From positions 1 through 64,000 of IMG/VR virus record IMGVR_UViG_3300020045_001587: a stretch of DNA of 64,000 nt; one strand, written 5' to 3'. This document shows positions 52,727 to 62,690 of the stretch, piece after piece. The notes beneath the pieces are model-generated. The model was not told the DNA's origin. It made no database searches and saw only the letters and a program-made list of their open reading frames with translations. The position numbers were made by a program, and so were the translations under genes. The number at the start of each line of letters is the position of its first letter. The stretch's first letter is position 1. This stretch comes from a virus. Lineage: Duplodnaviria > Caudoviricetes.

Positions 52727-53209
52727 CTATTCCCTCACACTCTTGAATAGATCAGATTCCTTCTGGCGGCGGTTAATAAGCCCTTGTACAATTTTACCAT
52801 TGTCTTTATTCCAGAGCTTGAATGCTTCAGCAGCGGATGGCATGTTATCTTGGTCAATATATCGGCGTACTGAGGATGTATTATATCCATCAATCTTTTT
52901 CTTCTCGTCACCCATTCCGATATTGTAAGCAAGAGAAGTACAAGCTGCCAGCTTCTCAGGGGAGTGCTCTAGGAGCTTAGGAGAAGCCTTTAGGACGGCT
53001 TCCATAAACTCTCTAGCACGTACTACTAGGCTTTCCTCAGCTTGCTCCTGAGTCCATTTAACGCCTTTTACAACGCCCTTTGTTTCTCCATAACCAACAG
53101 TCCACACTCCACCGCCATCTTGATAGGCTACTAGCTTACAGCCTTCAAAAAGCTTGATTACTTTTATGGCAATTGGAAGGGCTACCGCAATTAGTTGTTC
53201 TTTACTCAT
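52727..53209 (-). CDS. GH24 lysozyme, probable SAR endolysin
   Basis: E-x8-D-x5-T triad (FEGCKLVAYQDGGGVWT); weakly hydrophobic N-terminus. Confidence 0.93.
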   Translation of the reverse strand: MSKEQLIAVALPIAIKVIKLFEGCKLVAYQDGGGVWTVGYGETKGVVKGVKWTQEQAEESLVVRAREFMEAVLKASPKLLEHSPEKLAACTSLAYNIGMGDEKKKIDGYNTSSVRRYIDQDNMPSAAEAFKLWNKDNGKIVQGLINRRQKESDLFKSVRE

Positions 53210-53274
53210 ATTATTGTTCCTTGTATTTGGTGGAGGGCACTTCAGTGCCCAGCCTTCTGCGAGGCTTTGTGTTA

Positions 53275-53637
53275 CTATTTATCTTGGTTGTGAAACATTA
53301 TTGACATCTGCTGAAGAATATTTTTCTCCATGGCCTGCATGGCCTCTTTAAGGCCTGATATTTGTTCCCTGAAGCCTGATGATACAATTTCAATATCACG
53401 TTGTTGTCGTTGCTCTAACTTCTCGATAAGACGGGCGTTATTTGACACAATACTCTCCATGTCTTTCTCCATTTTACGATCAAGTTCTACAAGTCTGTCA
53501 GAGTTAGCTTTAAGTTCTAGCAGGCGGGAGTGCTCTTTCGTTTCTGCACGAATAAGGTTCCAAACAACTCCAAACAATGCTGATAGGATAACGAAGCATC
53601 CACTAAGTATCCATGTTAAAACTTCTGCGGAAGGCAT
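53275..53637 (-). CDS. Single-TM coiled-coil protein (holin/antiholin candidate)
   Basis: N-terminal TM then charged coiled coil, immediately upstream of the endolysin. Confidence 0.55.
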   Translation of the reverse strand: MPSAEVLTWILSGCFVILSALFGVVWNLIRAETKEHSRLLELKANSDRLVELDRKMEKDMESIVSNNARLIEKLEQRQQRDIEIVSSGFREQISGLKEAMQAMEKNILQQMSIMFHNQDK

Positions 53638-54008
53638 CGTTTTACCCTTTCTTTTATAAATTGAATGATAGGATTAGAGAATATGATGCAAGGAACAATC
53701 TCTAGGTGTTCTAGTGCTTGTACTATCAGGTAGTAGGTATTATTTGTATGGAGAATCCAGCTAATAATATGACTTATTGTCAGCATTGAACATATTCCAA
53801 ATATGGCTAGTTTTGCCGGAACATTCATTCCTATCGCAACCAAAGTTATTAATGTCTCTGCGACAATACAAACCATAAACCATGCCGACCTATTTGTGAT
53901 ATACTCAACAGGAAGGTAGTGGCTCAAGCCCACCAACAACGTGAGCAAGAGCATTCTACGATCCGTCCTGCATAACCAGATAGCTAGTAATAACAGGACG
54001 GCATACAT
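53616..54008 (-). CDS. Polytopic membrane protein (about 4-5 TM)
   Basis: Hydrophobic throughout; start overlaps the micropeptide stop (TAATG). Confidence 0.8.
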   Translation of the reverse strand: MYAVLLLLAIWLCRTDRRMLLLTLLVGLSHYLPVEYITNRSAWFMVCIVAETLITLVAIGMNVPAKLAIFGICSMLTISHIISWILHTNNTYYLIVQALEHLEIVPCIIFSNPIIQFIKERVKRCLPQKF

Positions 54009-54091
54009 TACGCTTCGTCAGGCGGTTTGCCGCCGCCCGTGTCAGGAGTTGGCAAAACAGGAGGAACAACAGGCTCAATAATATCGCTCAT
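54008..54091 (-). CDS. 27-aa Pro-rich micropeptide MSDIIEPVVPPVLPTPDTGGGKPPDEA
   Basis: GAAAGG RBS 6 nt upstream; TAATG coupling to the next gene; too short for the ORF track. Confidence 0.75.
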   Translation of the reverse strand: MSDIIEPVVPPVLPTPDTGGGKPPDEA

Positions 54092-54144
54092 AAACTACCT
54101 TTCAAAGTGTGCCGAAGCACGTTACGTCCAAAGTGGACAATTAG

Positions 54145-56454
54145 TTAAATCAAACCTTCAACAGTACAAGTGAGATAACTATTGGTAGAATACGCACAAT
54201 CAATTTCCCAATCCTTGTAATATCCATAGATGATGAGAGAAGTTTTCTCATTACTATTCAGATTGGTAATATTTGTGTTAGCATTCCATACGCACGGCGT
54301 CGCTCGTGCATTTGATAGAATACGTGCAACCAAATCAACCTGAGAGTCATCTACCAAACTCTTAGTGCTCATACGTTTGGCATAACCACGTTTAGTTAGA
54401 GTAGGATTGCCGAAAGCGTCCACAGTCTTTATTGAGTAGTCTGTAATACCAATTGTAGGCGATGTTTCTGTAGAGCCTAAATAGTATTTTGTGCCTACGA
54501 CGAAGTTACCAATCGCAGGTGCTAGAGTCGCATGATAAATGTCTAACGTCACATAAGTGTCTGCTGACATTGGAAGCCCTGTTATGGTGTAGTCCGTTAT
54601 TGGTACACCTATAGCTCCACCGGTGAAGTCTATCACTGAAGAATACACAGAAGTATATCCAGAATAGACATTAACTGTTATACTGTCAGCCACAACATTA
54701 ATGAAACTCATGCTTGGAAGATTAGCATATGCAATGGTTGCAATAATGCGCCCACCAACTGTCCCTACTGTCTGAGTACCAACTTGGGAGTCAAGCATTG
54801 CATACTTGTTTGTAGGACCAATCACAGACCACCATGTAGGTGATGTGGCAGGATTGTGGTCAGCATTAGATGCTTGTAGGGACGCATACTTTACATGGTT
54901 GTATATAACAGAATTGCTCCCAGCAACATCAACACCATAAGTTGTGGCACTAGACCAAACTGGAAAATCATTCTCTAAGATATTACTATAAACCAACCCT
55001 GTAGTGTACAAGTCAGCAGACCTTACATTGCTGAGTGAGGATGTGTAAGAGTCCGCTGTAGATGTTACAGCCGCAGTGCTTGTAAGTATTACGGAAGTCT
55101 CAACATAGCCAGTTTCAAATTGAGCATTCCATATAGTCTGACTGCCTACAGCAGTCACATCAACTATCCCTGACCCGTTACTGTTAAATGCTGGGTACAC
55201 GTCAACAGAGGTAGTAGAAAGACTGTTATTAAAAGTTCCAATGGAAACCCTCCACCATGCAGGGTAACTTCTAACATTGACATACTTTGGATCATTTGTT
55301 GACGAATTAGTTACATATGCTCCAGTGTCAGTGTTAAAGACAATACCAGCTTTATACGTGCTTGTACCCATAACAATGGCTGGATAGATAGTGGCCCCAG
55401 AGGTTTTCTTTATGAATACCGAGAATACTCTCATCAGAGTATCCGATGGAGTCGTTACAGATTGTGTCAATAAACCAGAGGTTATATTACTAGAATCAGT
55501 GATTATTGTACCTGAACTATTAGATACAGTTGGGTCAGATGAGTTATTAGAACCTACTGAGATATTTGTTGCTACCCAAGGAGAGGATAAAAACGTTCTT
55601 GACCTTAATAACATATTAGTTATGGAAGGCTCTAGGAGTAACTTAGGCGCTAGCGTTAAATTATCTGGAGTATAGTCATTTCTAGCTGCTCCGGTAACTG
55701 TATCTAATAGTCCGCTTGCGTTTGTATAGTATTTAGTCCCTGATGTCGATACAAATGTTTGTACAGAGGGGATATAGCTTGTTGGAACCAGCCCTGTCTC
55801 TACTTGAGCACCCCAAACGTAGATACCTGAAGAGCCATCACCAGTGTAACTAATACCGCCGTTGTATGTTCCCACAATAAGGTTTACTGAGCCGATAGCT
55901 TGAGCAACTGTGCATCTATACCAGCCATTTCCTACATTCTGGATAGATGGAGCTATTGCCGGTGTCCCTTGTGCAATTACTGTGTAAGTACCTGCCACCA
56001 AATCAAATGAGACAGTGCTTCCTGTTCCCCCCGTACCTGTAGTACGAATGTATGCACTTGTCCGCTCTCTCGCTTTTAGATATACGGAGCAAACACAGCT
56101 TGGAGACACACTTACGAAAATAGTTCTGTCAATAGTGTGATTGTTATTAGCTGTATTCTCTATTAAAGCTATTGCTGTGTATGTACCATCTGGCGCTTTA
56201 GCAGCATGTGGTGCAACTGTAGCGTTAGAACGATTCCATACAGCTACTCCAAAATCTTCCGTCTCATTATAAACGTTTGTTGCGGCAGCTTCAATAACTG
56301 GTACAGGGGGGGCACTTAGGTTAGCAGGATTGTACCCGACTCGCAATACGTCGTTAGCTGCGAAGGTCAAGAGTCCTGTGCTATTATAGTAAGCTGCTTT
56401 AGAACTTCTTGTGAATATACTTGTTCCAAGAGTCTGTGGTATAATTAAATCCAT
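54145..56454 (-). CDS. Tail-tip / distal tail protein with two inserted carbohydrate-binding-like modules
   Basis: Directly after the tape measure; two repeats of TN.....F..W...SV.IK...W.R...WxAQxETG. Confidence 0.7.
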   Translation of the reverse strand: MDLIIPQTLGTSIFTRSSKAAYYNSTGLLTFAANDVLRVGYNPANLSAPPVPVIEAAATNVYNETEDFGVAVWNRSNATVAPHAAKAPDGTYTAIALIENTANNNHTIDRTIFVSVSPSCVCSVYLKARERTSAYIRTTGTGGTGSTVSFDLVAGTYTVIAQGTPAIAPSIQNVGNGWYRCTVAQAIGSVNLIVGTYNGGISYTGDGSSGIYVWGAQVETGLVPTSYIPSVQTFVSTSGTKYYTNASGLLDTVTGAARNDYTPDNLTLAPKLLLEPSITNMLLRSRTFLSSPWVATNISVGSNNSSDPTVSNSSGTIITDSSNITSGLLTQSVTTPSDTLMRVFSVFIKKTSGATIYPAIVMGTSTYKAGIVFNTDTGAYVTNSSTNDPKYVNVRSYPAWWRVSIGTFNNSLSTTSVDVYPAFNSNGSGIVDVTAVGSQTIWNAQFETGYVETSVILTSTAAVTSTADSYTSSLSNVRSADLYTTGLVYSNILENDFPVWSSATTYGVDVAGSNSVIYNHVKYASLQASNADHNPATSPTWWSVIGPTNKYAMLDSQVGTQTVGTVGGRIIATIAYANLPSMSFINVVADSITVNVYSGYTSVYSSVIDFTGGAIGVPITDYTITGLPMSADTYVTLDIYHATLAPAIGNFVVGTKYYLGSTETSPTIGITDYSIKTVDAFGNPTLTKRGYAKRMSTKSLVDDSQVDLVARILSNARATPCVWNANTNITNLNSNEKTSLIIYGYYKDWEIDCAYSTNSYLTCTVEGLI

Positions 56455-56470
56455 CGTATTCCTTTAAAGA

Positions 56471-56496
56471 GAAACCTCCTATGTAAGCGAGGTTTC
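56471..56496 (-). terminator. Hairpin between the tape measure and tail-tip genes
   Basis: GAAACCTC/GAGGTTTC 8-bp stem with a weak U-tract. Confidence 0.55.
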
Positions 56497-56506
56497 TATA
56501 ATTACA

Positions 56507-59500
56507 TTAAGCTGGACCAGCAGTAGTTTGCAGAGACTGGCCGTTAGGTGACATGTCAAGAATTCGCTTGTACAGCTTGCGAATATCGCTCTGCATAGCT
56601 GACAACACTTCTAGTGAATCCGCATTGGATTTGTTGATATCTGACGATAGTCCACTAATATCAGAACCTTGTACAACACCTTGAGCTTGTTTGGCTGGCA
56701 ACACCATTTCACCCTTGTGGAGTTTAGCTGTATAGCCATCAAACGGTACGTTATCAAGTCCATTTGCATGAGAGCCATTAGGATGCGAAGCAAGATACTC
56801 TGCTGAAGTGTAGAACCCTTGAGCCACATCCATAGATGACAAGCCGGATTTAAGCCAGAAATCTACTCCAGATGCTTCACCTTCACGACCAAGAATAACT
56901 TGGTAGAGGGTTTTAATATCCTCTGCTGTAGCTGATTTTGGCGCTTCTACAGGTGCCGTAAGCCCACCGCTAGTTGCAGCAGCTTCGTTCTTTGTAGCAA
57001 TAGCAGTAAGAATTGAGGAATTAAAGCTGTCAAGCGCTTTAGCCATACTTGCTGAACTTATTGAGATTCCGTTAAGAACGTCCAGTTGACTCTGTGCCAT
57101 CGTCAACAGATTATCAAGCCCTTGAGTAATACTGTCATAGGTATTCTTTGCTATTACTAATTGAGACTTCAAAGCGTCGAGCTGCTTATCACTCACAGTT
57201 TTAGCACCTTTAGTAATGTCGTTAAGCTGATTAACTTTACCTGCTGTAATGCCCTGATCTTTGACATACTCTGCATAAGATGAGTACATGCTGTCACTAG
57301 GCTTTGTAATAGTGCTCAAAGCGTCTTTCAAACTATCTGCTGTAGGTAGTTTTCCAGTTTTAAGTGCTGTATCAAGAGCATCAGAGATTTGTTGCTGTGC
57401 TGCTCCACGGCTTGTCATTGTGACAGGTGCAGAGGATTTCAACGAATCAACAGTTGATTGCAGAGCATTTGACAAGTCTGTGATGAGTTTGTTGGCAACT
57501 TCAGCACTACTAATCTGAGCATTAAGAATAGCTACTTGAGCGTCGTATGTAGCTTTCGCAGCGTCTTTCTCTGCTTGTACAGAATTCTGAAGAACTTTAA
57601 AACTAGCGTCAGCTTGCTTGTAAGCCATGTCAATAGCTTTTTGCTGGGCTTCTGACAATCCGGTTAAAGCATCTGTTAGACTTGCTGTATAATCTACAAC
57701 TTGCTTAAACGCTGGAGCCAATTGCATTAGGCTTTCAAACATTCTGGCTTGTGCAGGGTCGGCAAGGTTTAGACCATTTACTAGCTTCTTGAAGTCTTCT
57801 GTAGTTTTTACACTTGAATAACCCATCTCAGCCAATGCGGCTGTAACAGCTTTCTGTACAGGAGCAATTTTCTCGGCATCTGTTAAGAAGTTTGTAGCGT
57901 AGAATGTTACTTGTGTGTTCAGGGCAGAAATACCACCAGCCAAGTCTACAAGGTATTGACGAGCTTTAGCGCTTTCTAAGCCAAGCCCACCAAATGCTTT
58001 AGCCATATCTTGACCAAGCACATTAGCAATCTGGTTTGTAGCTGCGAAGGTTTCTGACAAACGCTGCAATGTTCCAGAAGCTGTCTCACCAGATTTAGCA
58101 AAATCGCTCAGGTTAGGAATTAGCTTATTAGCCATATCGTCACCCATACTGTTGAAGAACTTTGCAACAGCATCTTGCTGAATCTTTGTGTTAGATTCAA
58201 TAATGGCAGCTTGTTCAGCAGCCGTACCTTTAACTTCTTTTAAACCTTCAAAGGTGATATTGAAATCTCTTGAATAGTTTGTCAGAGCATCAGCAGATAC
58301 GTTAAGATTCTTGGCAAAGTCTGTTGAAGTAGCTTTCAAACTCGTCAAGCCAGAGGCGAACGTATTGATAACATCCGTAGCCAAGTCTTGCTTTTCTGTG
58401 CCTGACTTATCACTTCTGAACCATCCACCGGACTGTTGCCAGTTTTGGTATGATTGACCTGTTACACCAGACTCTGCGATGGTTCCTGAAATACCTTGTG
58501 AGGTGACGTTCTTGCTACCCATGCCGAACGCACGGTTGATAAGACCGCCAATAGCTCCACCAATAGCACCTCCAATTGGGCCTCCAACAATTGAACCAAT
58601 AATAGCTGAAGTATTAACAACAGCTTGTCCATGACCACCAACACTGTAATCACCAGATATTGCGTTACCTAACATGTGACCTGCGGCTAACCCACCAGCA
58701 TAACCTGCTGCTTGCCCTATTGAATTAGCTGCTGCGCTATTTTGCCAGAATGTGGCTTCTTGTGCATTTGAAGTTCCTAATGCGTTGAATGTTTTCTGAG
58801 CAGCATTGGAAACCATTGTGCTCAAGCCATCAAAGCCTTTAGAAATTGCACTGTACACGTTAGAGGCAATCTGAGCTAAACCAACAGCACCACTAGCCGT
58901 ACCTGCCACAGCACCCGGAGAGCTTGCACCGACAGTAGTTGTAAGTGAAGCAATCGTTCCGCTAATAGGAGCCAGAATAGGCTGCAAAATCATCTTAGCA
59001 AAGCCTATTTCCATATCCTTGATAAGTTTCTTCCAACCTTTGCCACCACCGTCAATGATTGCTTCAGCTAAGTCGTTTCCAATTTGCTTGTTGGCTTGCT
59101 TCCAAGCTGTTGTATATTCCTGAGCAGCTTTGTTGGTAGCTTGTTGGGCTTCGCGTGTTGTTTGTACGTCGCGTAGATCAATCAGAGCTTGCTTCTCATC
59201 TTTCAGCTTCTGTATCGTGTCAGCGCCCACAAATTGATATTCAATTTCCTTATCAATTTCTTTCTGCTTATTGTCAATTGCAGACTGTGTAACTTGATCA
59301 CGCATTTGTTTGTCAGTCACACCAGCGGCGCGAGCCGCTTCTGGAAGACGGTTGTAAGCGTCAATTTCATTCTGAATGGCCGCTGTTTTTCCAGTGGTTG
59401 CTGCCATGAACTTCTCAAAAGCCCTCTGAGAATCTTCAGCTTCTTTTTGGAATACTTTGGCCGTTACATTACCATTCTCTACAATAGCGGCATTTTCTTT

Positions 59501-62128
59501 AGCTAATTCGTCAACATACTTAGTGTACAAATCTGACAACTTTTTAGAAAGCTCATTTTTTTCAGTTGCATTCCGTCCAGCTAATACTGAAGACTTAGCA
59601 ATCGCTTCAGCTTCTTTGACATAAGTTGAAGTAGTTAAGTCTTGTTCTTCTTTGAGCTTTTTACCCTTAGCACTCACATACTCGAACACTGAGAGTTGTT
59701 TTGCTTTATAGGCGTTATCAAAAGCAACAACTTCACTTTGTAATATCTTCTTCTGTTCTTCGCCAGAAGACCTTAAAGCAGCTAATTCAGCCTCAATTGC
59801 AGACAGGCCCATAGCTTTTTCTTTACCATCTTTTCCACCGCTATATGTCAAAGTTCCAGCAGTATTTTTAGCAGCTTCAGCAGCCGCTTTTTGAGAATCT
59901 AGATATGCTTCTTTTTTCTTCTGTTCAGCACTGATAATGCGTTGGGTTAGATCAAGAGCTTTCTGATTTTCTGTTGAAGCTTTGTTTTGAGCATCGGTAA
60001 GCGCCTTCGTAGCGGAAGCAAGCTCTGTCGCCTCTTTACTTCTTAGTTTGTCAAACGTGTAGTCTTGAATGGCTTTCGCATCGTAGGCTTTCTGAGCAGC
60101 ATCTTTTGCTTTCTGAGCAGTAGCCACTTCATTTGCGTTATTTAAACGCATTCTTGACAGTGCCTGATCCTTCAGAGACAGTGACATAGCATCCGATTCA
60201 GTCCTACCCTCTGTCATTAACTTATTGACTTTATCAAGCCTGTCAGCTTCGTCTTCTAGCGATTTTAAGAATGATGTATTATAAGTGTCGCTTAACTTTC
60301 TGGTATTATCATCTGTTTCTTTTGTATGCAACGCCAGCAGGCTCATACCAATAGTAATTGCTGTAAGTACAGCGCCTACTCCGGGAAGCAATCTTAATGC
60401 CATGCCAACAGCACCTACGCCTACGGCTGCACCGTTTGCAGCAACCTGTACAACACCTAGGCTAACAGCAATCCCTGTGAGTCCTCTGGTAACAAGTTCA
60501 AATAGGTTTGCACCTAATGTTGCAGCCTTGAACACAACAAAGGCTTCAATCAAGTATCCTAGTGCTGTGGTGTTTTCTGCAATAAACTGTGCAATACTTC
60601 CAATACCAGAAGCAATGTTTTGGATTCCTGTGATAAACTCTTGTGACGCAAATACAGACTTCATGTTTGATGTAAACACAAGCATCTGTGGAGCCATTCC
60701 TTCAAATGCCTTTGAGAAACTAGTTTTAAGAGTGTTAGCAACAGAATCTAATTGTTTCTGTGTTGTAAGACCTAATTGAGCCGCTTGCAATGCTGCCGTA
60801 CCCGCCGCCTCTGCAATTTGTCCCTGTACTTCACGCAATCTATTTGAATACTTTTCGGTGTCATCAGCAGCAGAATTAACTAGATCACGCAAGCCCTCTA
60901 CATCTCGCAATGCACGCTCACCGAATATATTCATAATGAAGTTTTGCTGCGACTTCAAATCATACTTATTCAGCTTACTCGTAAATTCTTCGTAGGCAGC
61001 AATCAGAGGTTTTGCTCTGCCCTCGGCGTCAGTAAAGCTCATCCCAAGTTCATCTAATGCGTCCTTAGCCTTCTTAGTACTACCTACCGCATTAGCATAG
61101 AAGTTTGTGATAGCCGTACCTGCTGCTGTATTCTTAATACCAAGCTGTGCAAGAGCAGCAGTTTGTGTAAGAATATCCTCAAATGTAGCTCCGTACAATT
61201 TATTTACGACAGATGCACGCTTGACAGCCTCTGAGATAGAGTCAACAGATGCCAGAGAAGTGTTAGCTGCGGCTGTAATTCCGTCTGCTAAATAGTCAAA
61301 GTCCTTTGCTGTAGCTCCGACAGCAGAACCAATAGTAACTAAAGATTCTGCTGCTTTTTCAATAGTTGATCCACCAGCGGTAGCTAGATTGATCGCAGAA
61401 CCAATAGCCAGTGTTGACTCTTTAGCTTTCAAGCCTGCCAGAATCAGGGCATCAAAAGCTTTTGCAACTTCTTGTGGCCCGTAAACACCTTCTCCAATTT
61501 TGTACACTGAGTCACGAATCGCTATCATTTCTTCTGTAGTAGCTGCACCACGGACACGAATACTCTCCAAAGTATTTTCAACATCCGAGCCAACAGATAC
61601 AATACTTTTCAAAGATTGACCAATAGCAAGACCGACTGCCATGCCTGCAAAGTTACCGTAAGTAACCCACAACGCACCAAAGGAGCCAGATAAACCTCGT
61701 GCGAGTGCATGAGCCTCTTGCATAGCTTCATTGTTTGAGCGATGAGCCCTTTCTACGACTTGCAGATTTGCGCTAACTTGTGGAAGGGATACAGCCAATG
61801 CTTGCATTGCTATAGCAAGAGAAAACACGCTAGAAGTAATGGCAGCTTGTGTAGCTGTGACAGATCGCATTGCATTCGCGTATGCGTTACTTTGCGTGAC
61901 GTTTTCACGTAACTGGTCTGACTGCTTGCGGTAGCTTGCCAAAGCGGAATCTAATGCGGAAGCAAGAGCTTTGGCAGATTCTCCACCCGATTTGTTTGCG
62001 GTAGATAATTGACCCGTTGCTTTCTCTGCTTTGGTGGAAGCATCCGTCAGGTTGTTAAGGGACTTAGTGGTAGCATCAATACCGTCCGATACCACTTTTA
62101 CAATAAGACTATTTACGTCAGCAGCCAT
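56507..62128 (-). CDS. Tail tape measure protein (1873 aa)
   Basis: Ala-rich helical protein, TP901-like N-terminal region, HANGLDNVPFDGY...HKGE C-terminus, position after the chaperones. Confidence 0.97.
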   Translation of the reverse strand: MAADVNSLIVKVVSDGIDATTKSLNNLTDASTKAEKATGQLSTANKSGGESAKALASALDSALASYRKQSDQLRENVTQSNAYANAMRSVTATQAAITSSVFSLAIAMQALAVSLPQVSANLQVVERAHRSNNEAMQEAHALARGLSGSFGALWVTYGNFAGMAVGLAIGQSLKSIVSVGSDVENTLESIRVRGAATTEEMIAIRDSVYKIGEGVYGPQEVAKAFDALILAGLKAKESTLAIGSAINLATAGGSTIEKAAESLVTIGSAVGATAKDFDYLADGITAAANTSLASVDSISEAVKRASVVNKLYGATFEDILTQTAALAQLGIKNTAAGTAITNFYANAVGSTKKAKDALDELGMSFTDAEGRAKPLIAAYEEFTSKLNKYDLKSQQNFIMNIFGERALRDVEGLRDLVNSAADDTEKYSNRLREVQGQIAEAAGTAALQAAQLGLTTQKQLDSVANTLKTSFSKAFEGMAPQMLVFTSNMKSVFASQEFITGIQNIASGIGSIAQFIAENTTALGYLIEAFVVFKAATLGANLFELVTRGLTGIAVSLGVVQVAANGAAVGVGAVGMALRLLPGVGAVLTAITIGMSLLALHTKETDDNTRKLSDTYNTSFLKSLEDEADRLDKVNKLMTEGRTESDAMSLSLKDQALSRMRLNNANEVATAQKAKDAAQKAYDAKAIQDYTFDKLRSKEATELASATKALTDAQNKASTENQKALDLTQRIISAEQKKKEAYLDSQKAAAEAAKNTAGTLTYSGGKDGKEKAMGLSAIEAELAALRSSGEEQKKILQSEVVAFDNAYKAKQLSVFEYVSAKGKKLKEEQDLTTSTYVKEAEAIAKSSVLAGRNATEKNELSKKLSDLYTKYVDELAKENAAIVENGNVTAKVFQKEAEDSQRAFEKFMAATTGKTAAIQNEIDAYNRLPEAARAAGVTDKQMRDQVTQSAIDNKQKEIDKEIEYQFVGADTIQKLKDEKQALIDLRDVQTTREAQQATNKAAQEYTTAWKQANKQIGNDLAEAIIDGGGKGWKKLIKDMEIGFAKMILQPILAPISGTIASLTTTVGASSPGAVAGTASGAVGLAQIASNVYSAISKGFDGLSTMVSNAAQKTFNALGTSNAQEATFWQNSAAANSIGQAAGYAGGLAAGHMLGNAISGDYSVGGHGQAVVNTSAIIGSIVGGPIGGAIGGAIGGLINRAFGMGSKNVTSQGISGTIAESGVTGQSYQNWQQSGGWFRSDKSGTEKQDLATDVINTFASGLTSLKATSTDFAKNLNVSADALTNYSRDFNITFEGLKEVKGTAAEQAAIIESNTKIQQDAVAKFFNSMGDDMANKLIPNLSDFAKSGETASGTLQRLSETFAATNQIANVLGQDMAKAFGGLGLESAKARQYLVDLAGGISALNTQVTFYATNFLTDAEKIAPVQKAVTAALAEMGYSSVKTTEDFKKLVNGLNLADPAQARMFESLMQLAPAFKQVVDYTASLTDALTGLSEAQQKAIDMAYKQADASFKVLQNSVQAEKDAAKATYDAQVAILNAQISSAEVANKLITDLSNALQSTVDSLKSSAPVTMTSRGAAQQQISDALDTALKTGKLPTADSLKDALSTITKPSDSMYSSYAEYVKDQGITAGKVNQLNDITKGAKTVSDKQLDALKSQLVIAKNTYDSITQGLDNLLTMAQSQLDVLNGISISSASMAKALDSFNSSILTAIATKNEAAATSGGLTAPVEAPKSATAEDIKTLYQVILGREGEASGVDFWLKSGLSSMDVAQGFYTSAEYLASHPNGSHANGLDNVPFDGYTAKLHKGEMVLPAKQAQGVVQGSDISGLSSDINKSNADSLEVLSAMQSDIRKLYKRILDMSPNGQSLQTTAGPA

Positions 62129-62147
62129 TATATTCCCTTAACATATT

Positions 62148-62690
62148 CTATTTATTATGTACAAACTTAGCAAGGAAGTCCTCACCAAATGCTGTACTCT
62201 CAGCCAGCGCGTCAACTTCATCCAAGAATATTTCTTTAGGACAAGGGGCATCAGGCTCTGAGGCACTGTGATATTCTCCACAATACTCTCTACTCAATTG
62301 CATAATTATTTCTAGCTCATAATCTACAAGCGTATTCTGTTTCAGGATGTGAGGAACTTTTGTGACGCTAATCACATTCCCTTCACCGTCCTTTGTAACA
62401 CTGTCAAGCCATTCTACGTATTGTTCTGTGTAGAACCTATCAGCCCAAGCAATAACCTCACTCCAAAGCAAAGGAGCAACACCCATGCCACTCTGAGAAA
62501 CACTACCTACTTCTCTCCAAAGTTTCACAAGATGTTGCTCATAGTCATCCAATTCTGGAGGCTCTAGGTATGCTGTTCCCTCTACCATTGTTTCTCTGCG
62601 TGGCTTGCTTTGCTCTTTTGGAGTTGCGTTTAGCCACGCAGAGTGTCGGACGTAGAGGGAAAGGTTATTTCTTAGGCTTGCAAGAAAGAA
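62148..62690 (-). CDS. Tail assembly chaperone, -1 frameshift extension (gpT-like)
   Basis: The frame stays open 34 codons upstream of the ATG at 62588 and overlaps the end of the upstream gene. Confidence 0.7.
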   Translation of the reverse strand, partial: FFLASLRNNLSLYVRHSAWLNATPKEQSKPRRETMVEGTAYLEPPELDDYEQHLVKLWREVGSVSQSGMGVAPLLWSEVIAWADRFYTEQYVEWLDSVTKDGEGNVISVTKVPHILKQNTLVDYELEIIMQLSREYCGEYHSASEPDAPCPKEIFLDEVDALAESTAFGEDFLAKFVHNK

